NCBI RefSeq assembly: GCF_014237455.1 | Contig: NZ_JABZFL010000015.1 | Location: 4,403 to 68,402 of the forward strand | Origin: Desulfobacula sp. | GTDB lineage: Bacteria > Desulfobacterota > Desulfobacteria > Desulfobacterales > Desulfobacteraceae | Direction: 5' to 3' | Length of the DNA: 64,000 nt | Shown here: in pieces, positions 55,597-64,000 of the stretch | Layout of the letters: each line of letters starts with the position of its first letter | Position numbering within the stretch: position 1 is the stretch's first letter | Notes under the pieces: generated by a model | Seen by the model: only the letters and a program-made list of their open reading frames with translations | The model's database searches: none | What the model was told of the DNA's origin: nothing | Translations under genes and position numbers: made by a program

Positions 55597-56616
55597 TTAT
55601 CTTCCGAATGAACAGACAGGATAATGACAGACCTTGCAATTCATGCACAATCCGCCATGACCCATGGCTGCAATATCATCTTCAGTGATTATTTCTCCGG
55701 CCAGAACCCTTGGGAAAATCAGGTCAAACACGGTCTGCTTGTAATAAAACACACAGGCCGGCAGGCTGATAATGGGTATGTCAGCAAGCCGTGAGACCAT
55801 GAGCATGGCCCCGGGAAGAACAGGACTGCCGTAAAATGTAACATCGGCACCCGTCCTGATAACCCCCTGGCGGGTGACATCATCCGGGTCAACGGAAAGT
55901 CCTCCCGTGGTAATAATCATTTCGCATCCCAGTTTTTTTAATTCCAGGATGGCATTGGAAATGGCCTTCTCTTCATCGGGTACGATGATTTTTTTGATGA
56001 GTGTACATCCGGCATCTGTAATTTTTTTCCCGACGGACGGGCCAAAATCATCTGTGATCAGGCCGTTAAAGACTTCAGAACCCGTTACCACAGCACCAAT
56101 TTTTAAGGATTTGTAGGGTTTGACTGAAAGAAGGGTTCCTGTCTTTTTTGTCAGTGTTTCCAAAACTTCAATGTTCTCTGTCGGGATAGTTAATGGAATG
56201 ATCCGAGTGCCTGCAATGATTTCTCCTTTTTTGCAGGGAAAATTATTTTTTAATGTGGCCACAATAATGTTTTCCATTTTGTTGACCTGGAGCAGGGCAT
56301 CAACATTGATTTTTAGCAGGCCTGCATGCTTTGTACTTATATTTATTTTACCTTCCCGGGGTTCAGAAAATTCAAGGTCCTGATCTGAAATAGCACTTGC
56401 TATCCTTTTTGCAGCATCATCTTCATGGAGTTGATCATTTCCAAGATCAAGGACATAGAGATACTGCTTCCCGATTTTTAAAAGTTCCGGAATATCTTTT
56501 TTTTGTATGACATATCCTTTTTTAAATCCAACCCCTTTGAATTTTCCCCGGATGATCCGTGTCATATCATGGGCGAGAACGGTTCCAACTGCATCTTCAA
56601 CTTTGAGCTTTTTCAT
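55597..56616 (-). CDS. Molybdopterin-binding (MoeA/MogA-like) protein
   Basis: 'AVGTVLAHDMT', 'LHEDDAA', 'TGSEVFNG', 'TGGLSVDPDDVT', 'PVLPGAM', 'LPACV'. Confidence 0.85.
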   Translation of the reverse strand: MKKLKVEDAVGTVLAHDMTRIIRGKFKGVGFKKGYVIQKKDIPELLKIGKQYLYVLDLGNDQLHEDDAAKRIASAISDQDLEFSEPREGKINISTKHAGLLKINVDALLQVNKMENIIVATLKNNFPCKKGEIIAGTRIIPLTIPTENIEVLETLTKKTGTLLSVKPYKSLKIGAVVTGSEVFNGLITDDFGPSVGKKITDAGCTLIKKIIVPDEEKAISNAILELKKLGCEMIITTGGLSVDPDDVTRQGVIRTGADVTFYGSPVLPGAMLMVSRLADIPIISLPACVFYYKQTVFDLIFPRVLAGEIITEDDIAAMGHGGLCMNCKVCHYPVCSFGR

Positions 56617-56635
56617 TTATATATCCTGGTCGTGA

Positions 56636-58981
56636 TCAATTGACCGCATTATTTTTTGATGTTTTTTTTTCAGCCTGGGCTTTTTTTCCCTTAATGGCGG
56701 CAAGGATTTTGTCCGGGGTTAAAGGAAATGAGTCCATATAGACACCGATGGCATTACTGACAGCTGCGCTGTAGCCTTGTGCCGCCGACATGGCAATGGA
56801 CATGCCGGCTTCCTTGGCCCCGTATGGCCCTTTGGGGTCAATGGACTCCACAATGATAGTATTGATTTTGGGCATGTCACAGGCCAGGGGCAGTTTATAA
56901 TCCAGCATGGTGGGGTTGATGCATCTGCCGTCTTTCCATTCATGATATTCAGTGAGCATACCGCCCTGTCCGCCCATGGTAAGGGCGCCTTCAAACTGCC
57001 CTTCCAGAACCAGGGGATTTATACCATATCCCACATCCTGGGCAGCGGTTGCCTCCAGCACCTCAACCTGACCCGTGTCAGGGTCCACTTTGACTTCAAC
57101 AATAGTGGTGCCGAATGAAAAGGCTTCACACATCTGGCCGTAGGGATTTTTAACCCATTCGCGTTTCATGTCCACTTTGGGCCAGTATCCGCCTTCAGCA
57201 TTAACGGAATTAAAATTCAAAAGGCTGATTCGCACCACCTTTTTAATAGGGATGGATTTTGATGCTTTGCATCTCTTCGAGCCAGGGTCATCTTTGACAA
57301 AAATCAGGCGGTTTTTTGCCGCAAGCTTGTCAGGTTCCACTTTCAACAATTTTGAAGCCACCTCAAAGAGTTTTTCTCTACAGTTCTGTGCTGCGATCTT
57401 CACAGCATGACCGCCCACAAAGGTGGAGACCTGGGAATAGGACCCCGGATCAGAAGACGTGGTCTCTGTGTCGGCCGAAACCAGATGGATGTCTTCGGGT
57501 AAAAGTCCCAGCTCTTCGGCGGCTATCTGGACCAGCATGTTGTCATTTCCCTGGCCGTTATCCACAACCCCTGACATGACCGTTGCCTCCCCGTCTTCAT
57601 TAAACTTGATAAAAGACTGGGAACCACCGCGGATTCCCATGGGAAATCCGGTCTGTACAGAGTTTGTCCCGATACCGATACCATGATATGGGGGTAGTTT
57701 TCCCCATTTTTCCTTGAACCCGGACTTTTCAACAGCCTTATGAATGGTCTCATCCATGGCACAGGAATCGACATAGGATTTTGTACTGGTATATTCACCC
57801 GGCTGCCGGGAATTTCTTAACCTCATCTCCACGGGATCAATGCCAAGATGGTCTGCTATCATGTCCAGCTGGGTATCGAGCCCACAGGCAAATCCCCGTC
57901 CGTGGGTTCTTATCATGCCCCTGATGGGTTTGTTGGTATAAATCCTGTACCCGTTGTACCGAACGCTTTCCATCCTGTAAGCCTGTTCCATGGAAAGAAA
58001 GGGCACGCTTGTGGCAATGGGCCCAGTACTGGAATAGGCACCTCCATCCATATAGCAGGTGGTTTCTCTTGCCAGGACCCTTCCGTCCTTGTCCACCCCT
58101 GTTTTATGGGTGGTGATCATGGCATGCCCCTGTCGGGTGGCAATGGTGTTTTCTTCTCGTGTGAACTGAATTCTGACAGGCCGTTTGGTCTTTTTTGCCA
58201 GAAGGGCACAGATATAGTCTACCGGGCAGATTTCGGACCGGCCCCCGAATGCACCACCAATGGCTATTTTTTTTACTTTTACCTTGTGAAGCGGAAGTTT
58301 GAAAGCATTGGATAACGGTTTGGATTTCATATGGGGTCCGCCGTTAGGACACCAGACCTCCAGGCAGTCTTCATGGTCAAATCTTGCGGCAACTGCATAG
58401 GGCTCAGCCTGGAAATAAGATTCTTCCGGTGCCACATAGGTATCTTCCCTGATATAGTAGGCCTTTTCAAAGTTTTCGTCCACATTTCCCGTATCAATAT
58501 TCACATGGACATTAATATTGTTGGGAAAATCCTCATGGATGAGTTCGGTTTCCGATACCATGGCTTCCATGGGATCAAATACGGGCGGCAGCTCCTCGTA
58601 CGTAACTTCAATGAGATCAAGGGCTTTAAGAGCGGTGTCTTCATCCACAGCCGCCACACCTGCCACTTCATCCCCAATATATCTGACTTTTTCTATCTGG
58701 ATAAATTGTTGGTCCCGGGTATAAGCAAATACTCCCCATTTAACGCCTTTGGTCTCTTTTCCGGTAACAATCGCTTTGACTCCGGGAAGTGCTTCGGCCT
58801 TTGAGGTATCAATATTTAGAATACGGGCGTGGGCATAGGGGCTTCTTTTGATTTTTCCCACCAGCATGCCGGGCAGTTTCAAATCAGCAGTAAACTTTGC
58901 CTTTCCCATGACCTTGGCTCTGGAATCAACTCTGGGCATTCTTTTTCCAACAATAGTATAATCTGAGGTATAATCAGACAT
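56636..58981 (-). CDS. Xanthine-oxidase-family Mo-binding subunit (HcrA-like, atypical active site)
   Basis: 'RSPYAHARI', 'GGAFGGRS', 'GQGNDN', 'SDPGSYSQ', C-terminal 'GPYGAKEAGMS'. Confidence 0.9.
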   Translation of the reverse strand: MSDYTSDYTIVGKRMPRVDSRAKVMGKAKFTADLKLPGMLVGKIKRSPYAHARILNIDTSKAEALPGVKAIVTGKETKGVKWGVFAYTRDQQFIQIEKVRYIGDEVAGVAAVDEDTALKALDLIEVTYEELPPVFDPMEAMVSETELIHEDFPNNINVHVNIDTGNVDENFEKAYYIREDTYVAPEESYFQAEPYAVAARFDHEDCLEVWCPNGGPHMKSKPLSNAFKLPLHKVKVKKIAIGGAFGGRSEICPVDYICALLAKKTKRPVRIQFTREENTIATRQGHAMITTHKTGVDKDGRVLARETTCYMDGGAYSSTGPIATSVPFLSMEQAYRMESVRYNGYRIYTNKPIRGMIRTHGRGFACGLDTQLDMIADHLGIDPVEMRLRNSRQPGEYTSTKSYVDSCAMDETIHKAVEKSGFKEKWGKLPPYHGIGIGTNSVQTGFPMGIRGGSQSFIKFNEDGEATVMSGVVDNGQGNDNMLVQIAAEELGLLPEDIHLVSADTETTSSDPGSYSQVSTFVGGHAVKIAAQNCREKLFEVASKLLKVEPDKLAAKNRLIFVKDDPGSKRCKASKSIPIKKVVRISLLNFNSVNAEGGYWPKVDMKREWVKNPYGQMCEAFSFGTTIVEVKVDPDTGQVEVLEATAAQDVGYGINPLVLEGQFEGALTMGGQGGMLTEYHEWKDGRCINPTMLDYKLPLACDMPKINTIIVESIDPKGPYGAKEAGMSIAMSAAQGYSAAVSNAIGVYMDSFPLTPDKILAAIKGKKAQAEKKTSKNNAVN

Positions 58982-58984
58982 TTT

Positions 58985-59494
58985 TTACTCCTTTGTTTTA
59001 CCACCAGTCTTACAGTCTGGGCAATGGTCCTGTGGATTGCCTGTATGGGCCACGGCTTCAACAATTTTTGCATAACCGGTACACCGGCAGATATTTCCGG
59101 CAAGGGCTTTTCGGACGGTTTTTTCATCGGGCTTGGAATTTTTATTCAGCAGTGCATCGGCTGACATGAGCATGCCCGGGGTGCAGAATCCGCATTGGAC
59201 AGCCCCGTGGTCGATAAAGGACTGCTGAAGATCTGACAAATCATCCTCGGTGGCAAGCCCTTCCACTGTTTTAATCTTTGTTCCTGTGGCTTCCATGGCA
59301 AGAGTCAGGCAGGACCGGACAGGATTTCCGTCCATGTGAACGGTACAGGACCCGCAAACGCCTTCACCGCAACTTTCTTTTGATCCGGTCAGATCAAGCT
59401 CATCCCGCAATACTTCCAAAAGGGTGTCATTGGGAAAGACCCGGACGTCATAGGGTTTATCATTTATATTTAAGGTGATCTTTATTTTTTCCAT
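58985..59494 (-). CDS. 2x[2Fe-2S] subunit (CoxS/HcrC-like)
   Basis: 'CGEGVCGSCTV', 'C', 'QCGFCTPG', 'GNICRCTGY'. Start placed at ATG 59494. Confidence 0.92.
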   Translation of the reverse strand: MEKIKITLNINDKPYDVRVFPNDTLLEVLRDELDLTGSKESCGEGVCGSCTVHMDGNPVRSCLTLAMEATGTKIKTVEGLATEDDLSDLQQSFIDHGAVQCGFCTPGMLMSADALLNKNSKPDEKTVRKALAGNICRCTGYAKIVEAVAHTGNPQDHCPDCKTGGKTKE

Positions 59495-59516
59495 GTTTAA
59501 AAACTCCGTTATTCGG

Positions 59517-60521
59517 TTATTCCCTTGCAGCCAAGGCTGCCTGCTCAAGCGCCTGGAATACCATTTGCGACACCATGGCACATCGGTACTCAAGGGTTGC
59601 GCCCACATTGTGAACGGCAAATGTTGATGCATTATCCATTGCAATATCGGCTGCCCTTTTAAAGGCGACTGTATCAGATAATTTTTTTCCTTTTAAAGAA
59701 GATGATGCCTGGGCAAGGAAGAGAGGCGACCTTCCCATGGCACCGACAACGATTCGCACGTCATCTATTTCATTTTTTTGAGTGTCGGATAGTTTTAAAA
59801 GAACGCCGGCACAGACAATGGGGTAATCAATGGCAGACCGGTAGGCAAGGCGCTTATAGGCACTCTGGGCACCCCCTATGGGTATGATAATTTCTTTTAG
59901 GAGTTCATGGGATTCCATGGCAAAGGGCATGATGCCGTCAGTGGTGTAAAAGTCGGCAAGATCCATGGTTCTCTCCCCGCCTTTTCTTGCCAAAATGATT
60001 TTGGCGTTTAAGGTCATGAGAGCCGTGGCACCGTCTGACTGGCAGGTGGAGTTGCACCGGTCTGCTTCTTCTCGAGCATAACAGATTTTTCCACCATCCT
60101 TGTGGCAGGCCTGGCGCCCGGATCTATGGAAATCCGATTGGTTGTAGTGATGGCACCTATTGTCCTGGAGGATGTTTCCGCCAATGGTACCCCTGTCATG
60201 CTGGATGGTAATGGCCCCGATTTTTTCACATGCCTGGAACAGCGCTTTGGCTTTTTTTTGAATAAGATCCGAAGCAATAATATCTGCTATGGATGTTCTG
60301 GCACCGATTTTAATACATCCGTCTTTTTTATTAATATAGGATAATTCGTTCAAGGCTTTGAGGCTGATGAGAGTTTTTGGTTTTAACAACCCTTTTTTCA
60401 TCCTGACCAGAAGATCCGTTCCCCCTGCAAGGATTTTCGCATCATCCTTGTGAGTGGCTAAAAGGTCAAGGGTTTGATCAAGCGTTTCAGGTCCTAAATA
60501 GTCAAACCTTGGTAACCGCAC
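59517..60521 (-). CDS. FAD subunit with HcrB-type [4Fe-4S] insertion
   Basis: 'AGGTDL', 'GTIGGNILQDNRC', Cys spacing C-x15-C-x7-C-x8-C; GTG start. Confidence 0.88.
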   Translation of the reverse strand: MRLPRFDYLGPETLDQTLDLLATHKDDAKILAGGTDLLVRMKKGLLKPKTLISLKALNELSYINKKDGCIKIGARTSIADIIASDLIQKKAKALFQACEKIGAITIQHDRGTIGGNILQDNRCHHYNQSDFHRSGRQACHKDGGKICYAREEADRCNSTCQSDGATALMTLNAKIILARKGGERTMDLADFYTTDGIMPFAMESHELLKEIIIPIGGAQSAYKRLAYRSAIDYPIVCAGVLLKLSDTQKNEIDDVRIVVGAMGRSPLFLAQASSSLKGKKLSDTVAFKRAADIAMDNASTFAVHNVGATLEYRCAMVSQMVFQALEQAALAARE

Positions 60522-60542
60522 GGTTTTTTCTCCTTTTTATTT

Positions 60543-60587
60543 GGGGTCAAGCTTGGCTTATTGCATCAATAAGCCAAGCTTGACCCC
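60543..60587. repeat. Perfect 21-bp inverted repeat (REP-like)
   Basis: GGGGTCAAGCTTGGCTTATTG-CAT-CAATAAGCCAAGCTTGACCCC between dctM and the FAD subunit gene. Confidence 0.75.
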
Positions 60588-60592
60588 GTTTA

Positions 60593-61897
60593 TTAATTCA
60601 AGAGGTTCGGTAAAAACAGGACCACTTTCGGGAAAAGCATCATTAAAATTACACAAATAATATAGGCCGGCAGAAAATAGGCAACACCCTTAAACACCCG
60701 TTCAAGAGGCACATCTTTTGCCATGCCGCCAACCACATAGGTGGTAGCCCCCACAGGCGGTGTCACAGCACCCAGTGTGGTGACAATGGTAATGGTGACC
60801 CCGAACCAGATGGGATCATACCCGAGTTCTACGGCCACAGGAAAGAAAATGGGAATCGTGATGAGCAAAAGGGCCAGGGCATCCATGACAGCCCCACCGA
60901 TCATGTAAATTAAAAAGATGATGGCCATGATGGTCAGTTTGGAAAAGGGAAGGGCGACCACCCAGGAGGCAATATCAAAGGGTATTCTTGTAATGGCCAG
61001 AAACCGTCCGAATATCATGGCGCCTGTGATGATCACAATGACCATGCAGGATATTTTCAGGGTGTCGAAAATGGAATTATAAAAATCATTCCAGGAAAGA
61101 TTTTTTTGCACCACGCCGATGACAACGGCAAAGAATGATCCAATGGCGCCTGCTTCTGTCGGGGTGAACAGTCCGAAGTAGAGTCCGATCATGACGACCA
61201 GGAAAAGAATGAGCATTTCAACGGCACCGGTAAGGGATTTTATCTTTTCCTTAAATGTGGTTTTTCCCCCCACAGGCCCCCATTCAGGATAGATGGTACA
61301 AAGCACGTAGACGGTGAGGGTCAAAAGCAGGGCAAGCAGAATGCCGGCACCAAGCCCGCCGTAAAAGAGTTTGGCAATGGACTGTTCCGTGGAAAGCCCG
61401 ATAATAATCAGGACAACACTTGGTGGAATAACTACTCCCAGGGTTGACCCGCAGGCAATGGCTCCTGTGCTGAGCATGGGTTCATACTTGTATTTGTTCA
61501 TCTGGGGCAGGGCAACCGTGGTCATGGTGGCTGCCGTAGCTGCATTGGAACCGCAGATGGCTGCAAAGGCAGAGCATGCCAGGATAGTTGCCATGGCAAT
61601 ACCGCCCCTGACGTGGCCCACCCATTTATAGGCGGCAGTGTAAAGTTTTTCATTGACTCCGGAATAAAAGGCAATCTGGCCCATAAAGATAAACAGCGGG
61701 ATTACTGTCAGCCCGTATTTGGAAAAGGTATCCCATGTGACCGTTGCCAGCATGTTGAATCCTGCAGTAAGAGAAATGACATAGGAAAATCCGCAGAATC
61801 CCACAAGGCCCATGGCAAATCCAACAGGGATGCCGAAGACAAACAGGATAAACAGTAAAGCAAAGATACCGATAATGCCGATCAGGGTGAGGCTCAT
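60593..61897 (-). CDS. dctM: TRAP transporter large permease
   Basis: 'IPLFIFMG', 'CGSNAATAAT', 'GSTLGVVIPPS', 'TPPVG'. Confidence 0.93.
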   Translation of the reverse strand: MSLTLIGIIGIFALLFILFVFGIPVGFAMGLVGFCGFSYVISLTAGFNMLATVTWDTFSKYGLTVIPLFIFMGQIAFYSGVNEKLYTAAYKWVGHVRGGIAMATILACSAFAAICGSNAATAATMTTVALPQMNKYKYEPMLSTGAIACGSTLGVVIPPSVVLIIIGLSTEQSIAKLFYGGLGAGILLALLLTLTVYVLCTIYPEWGPVGGKTTFKEKIKSLTGAVEMLILFLVVMIGLYFGLFTPTEAGAIGSFFAVVIGVVQKNLSWNDFYNSIFDTLKISCMVIVIITGAMIFGRFLAITRIPFDIASWVVALPFSKLTIMAIIFLIYMIGGAVMDALALLLITIPIFFPVAVELGYDPIWFGVTITIVTTLGAVTPPVGATTYVVGGMAKDVPLERVFKGVAYFLPAYIICVILMMLFPKVVLFLPNLLN

Positions 61898-62385
61898 CTG
61901 GAGATCTCCTTTTGCGGCAAAATGGCCTTTAAAAAATCTGTAAAGATCGCCAGGGCAAGAACAAAACAGCCGAATGCCACGGCAAAGGTAAAGGGATAAT
62001 AGATAATTCTCAAGGTTTCGGAGAGTTCACCTGCATTTTTCAGTGTCAAGGCCTTTTGAACAATATGCCAGGAAGCAATGGAAAAGAAGGCACAGCAAAC
62101 CCCGTGGTTAATAATGGATACAATCCGTTTAAGCGGTTTAGGATAGGCATTGACCAGAACATCTACGGAGATATGCCCATTGGTAAACTGGGTGTATCCA
62201 AGGGCAAACGCCGTTACAACCGCCCCGGCATATCCCATGAGTTCAAAAGTGCCTCTGATGGGGATATAAAACTGCCGGATAAAGATGTTGGCACAGGTCA
62301 GAAGAATCATGCCCAGGAGAAATGCACCTCCGGTCAGCGTGAGCAGCTTATTCAAAAATTTATTGATTCTCATTAAAAGATCCAT
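61894..62385 (-). CDS. dctQ: TRAP transporter small permease
   Basis: Four TM helices, 'GHISVDVL'. Confidence 0.9.
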   Translation of the reverse strand: MDLLMRINKFLNKLLTLTGGAFLLGMILLTCANIFIRQFYIPIRGTFELMGYAGAVVTAFALGYTQFTNGHISVDVLVNAYPKPLKRIVSIINHGVCCAFFSIASWHIVQKALTLKNAGELSETLRIIYYPFTFAVAFGCFVLALAIFTDFLKAILPQKEISR

Positions 62386-62401
62386 GTGGAGTCTCCGAAA
62401 C

Positions 62402-62429
62402 CCTCTAACCGCCGCATGGCGGTTAGAGG
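62402..62429. other. Intercistronic stem-loop between dctP and dctQ
   Basis: CCTCTAACCGCC-GCAT-GGCGGTTAGAGG perfect 12-bp stem; no U-tract on the minus strand. Confidence 0.6.
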
Positions 62430-62448
62430 TAATTTGTAAACAAGAAAG

Positions 62449-63459
62449 TTATTGGGCAAAGGCTTTAATATCCTTGATAATCTCTTCTGCAGGAAGGCCC
62501 TTTTCTTTGGCACCTGCAATCCATTTTTCAGTTATAAAATCAAGTTTAGCATCCCATTTGGTTTTTTCTCCGGCTGAAAGAGAGATAAATTCAACATTGT
62601 TGGCCTCTTTTGACCAGGCAATCGATTTTTTAATCTGCTCATCCATGTAAGCCCCGGTCCAGAGAGACTGTTCTTCTTTAAGATCCATCATGACTTTCTG
62701 TACATCAGCAGGTAATGAAGCCCATTTCGTTTTATTCATAATAACAGAAAAGGGGTATAATACCGTATCGGTCATGGTAACATATTTGCAGTTTTCAGCG
62801 AATTTAAAGTCCTTCATGACTTCCAGCGAAGAGAAAAGGCCTTTAACCGTTCCTTTCTGCAAAGCTTCAACAGTTGCCGGCATGGGCATTCCCACAGGAT
62901 TGGCTCCCCAGGCTTTCAGAATCTGGGCGGCACCGCCGGATGCTCTTAAATCCAGCCCCTTGATATCGGCAAGAGTTCTTACCGGAACTTTTGACATGAC
63001 ATTTCCGGGGGCATTGGTAAACATGGCCAGAACAACGACATCCTTAAAAGCTTTGGGTTGATATTTTTCATATAATTTGAGAAGGGCGATGCTGCCTTTT
63101 TTGGCATCCTTGATGCCAAGCGGAAGACTTGTGGCATTGGTGACAATAAATCTTCCCGGTTGATAGGCCATGCAGATATTTCCGATGTCCGACTGCCCTG
63201 CAATAACACCATCCATCATTCCCTTGGCACCCAGAAGGGTTCCGCCGGGGAATGTATTGATCTGGACCTGTCCGTTGGTGCGTTTTTCAACTTCAACTTT
63301 CCATCTTTCCATTTGAACACAGGGGAATGTGGGAGCCGGTGGGAAATTGGCATAATTGAGTTTGATTTTGCCTGCCATTACAGGAGTTTGAAATATTAAA
63401 AGGCAGGTGACAATAGCAAATAAAAAAAGTGTTGCTGAAAAAATTGATCGTTTTACCAT
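62449..63459 (-). CDS. dctP: TRAP transporter substrate-binding protein
   Basis: Signal peptide, 'FPGGTLL', 'LKGL.LR'-like 'IKGLDLRASG', 'GANPVGMPM'. Confidence 0.9.
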   Translation of the reverse strand: MVKRSIFSATLFLFAIVTCLLIFQTPVMAGKIKLNYANFPPAPTFPCVQMERWKVEVEKRTNGQVQINTFPGGTLLGAKGMMDGVIAGQSDIGNICMAYQPGRFIVTNATSLPLGIKDAKKGSIALLKLYEKYQPKAFKDVVVLAMFTNAPGNVMSKVPVRTLADIKGLDLRASGGAAQILKAWGANPVGMPMPATVEALQKGTVKGLFSSLEVMKDFKFAENCKYVTMTDTVLYPFSVIMNKTKWASLPADVQKVMMDLKEEQSLWTGAYMDEQIKKSIAWSKEANNVEFISLSAGEKTKWDAKLDFITEKWIAGAKEKGLPAEEIIKDIKAFAQ

Positions 63460-63507
63460 GGTTTAACCTCCGTTATTGAGAGCACATTTGCTCTGTTATA
63501 AGTTTCA

Positions 63508-63530
63508 GGGACAGATTTAAAATCTGTTCC
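63508..63530. repeat. Short REP-like palindrome
   Basis: GGGACAGATTT-A-AAATCTGTTCC just after the stop of the second Mo subunit. Confidence 0.45.
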
Positions 63531-63538
63531 TATTCACA

Positions 63539-64000
63539 TTAACCGTTTTTATCCTTTAAAGCAGCCAGCACTTTTTCGGGCGTAATGGGGAGATCTTTAA
63601 TCCTGACACCAACAGCATCATAAATCGCATTTGCAATGGCCGGAGCAGTGGGAACACATCCGGGTTCTCCAATTCCCTTGGCACCGAAAGGACCGTCCTT
63701 ATCGTCGGTTTCAATTACCGGAGCTTTGATTTTTACGGCATCTTTGGCAGTAAACAATTTGTAGTCCCTGAAATTAGCGTTCATAATTTCTCCGTCCTTG
63801 ACTGTGACTTCTTCTGTCAAGGCATAACCAAGTCCCATTATAACGCCGCCATAGACCTGGCCTTCAAGGAGCAGGGGATTGATGGCCCGGCCCACATCAT
63901 GGGCTGCCACATATTCAAGGACCTCTACTTTGCCGGTTTCTTCATCCACTTTGACTTTTGCCCCATGGGCACCAAAAGAGTATGTCATGGACATATTTCC
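63539..64000 (-). CDS. Second xanthine-oxidase-family Mo-binding subunit, C-terminal part (5' end outside window)
   Basis: 'HDVGRAINP', 'EGQVYGG', canonical 'GPFGAKGIGEP', 'LPITPEKVL'. Confidence 0.9.
   Translation of the reverse strand, partial: GNMSMTYSFGAHGAKVKVDEETGKVEVLEYVAAHDVGRAINPLLLEGQVYGGVIMGLGYALTEEVTVKDGEIMNANFRDYKLFTAKDAVKIKAPVIETDDKDGPFGAKGIGEPGCVPTAPAIANAIYDAVGVRIKDLPITPEKVLAALKDKNG

Noticed and set aside
1061-63399. Numerous short antisense or overlapping ORFs in the track
   Set aside because: They lie opposite or inside well-supported genes and have no motifs or RBS; treated as shadow ORFs.
1-64000. CRISPR array, tRNA, rRNA, IS transposase, integron integrase
   Set aside because: No regularly spaced direct repeats with spacers, no cloverleaf or rRNA signatures, and no DDE or tyrosine-recombinase ORF seen.

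Overview
This 64-kb window is chromosomal DNA from what looks like an anaerobic sulfate-reducing deltaproteobacterium (Desulfobacteraceae/Desulfobacula-like; inferred from gene content and style, not verified). All family assignments come from motif recognition, not database searches. From left to right: an RND efflux pair and a SAM methyltransferase; a glycerol-3-phosphate locus (ugpC/ugpBAE, DeoR regulator, glpAB, HAD hydrolase) in which GlpC is replaced by a membrane cytochrome/2xHdrC fusion plus an HdrB-like protein; an AT-rich TonB receptor/ABC metal-chelate uptake operon ending in a helical-repeat protein and an archaeal-type DUF2117 protein; a selenium-associated yedE-yedF-DUF3343-kinase operon; DUF1007/NiCoT-type, DtxR-type and feoAB metal genes; lon; an adenosine kinase/metK/ahcY SAM-cycle cluster; a Rdx/SelW-type selenoprotein gene missed by the ORF track (in-frame TGA in CxxU, SECIS hairpin); Fe-ADH; a DUF1538x2-PII-CBS operon; an integrase-less integron cassette cluster whose second attC is split by a class IIC-attC group II intron; and a long minus-strand catabolic cluster (TRAP transporter, two xanthine-oxidase-family Mo subunits, one lacking the catalytic Glu, an HcrB-type [4Fe-4S] flavoprotein, YqeB, thiolase, saccharopine-dehydrogenase-like enzyme, class III aminotransferase). 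The best candidates for undescribed systems are the TonB/ABC/DUF2117 island, the two-gene integron cassette (possible anti-phage system), the G3P-to-Hdr electron-transfer module and the atypical Mo-hydroxylase pathway. I saw no rRNA, tRNA or CRISPR array.
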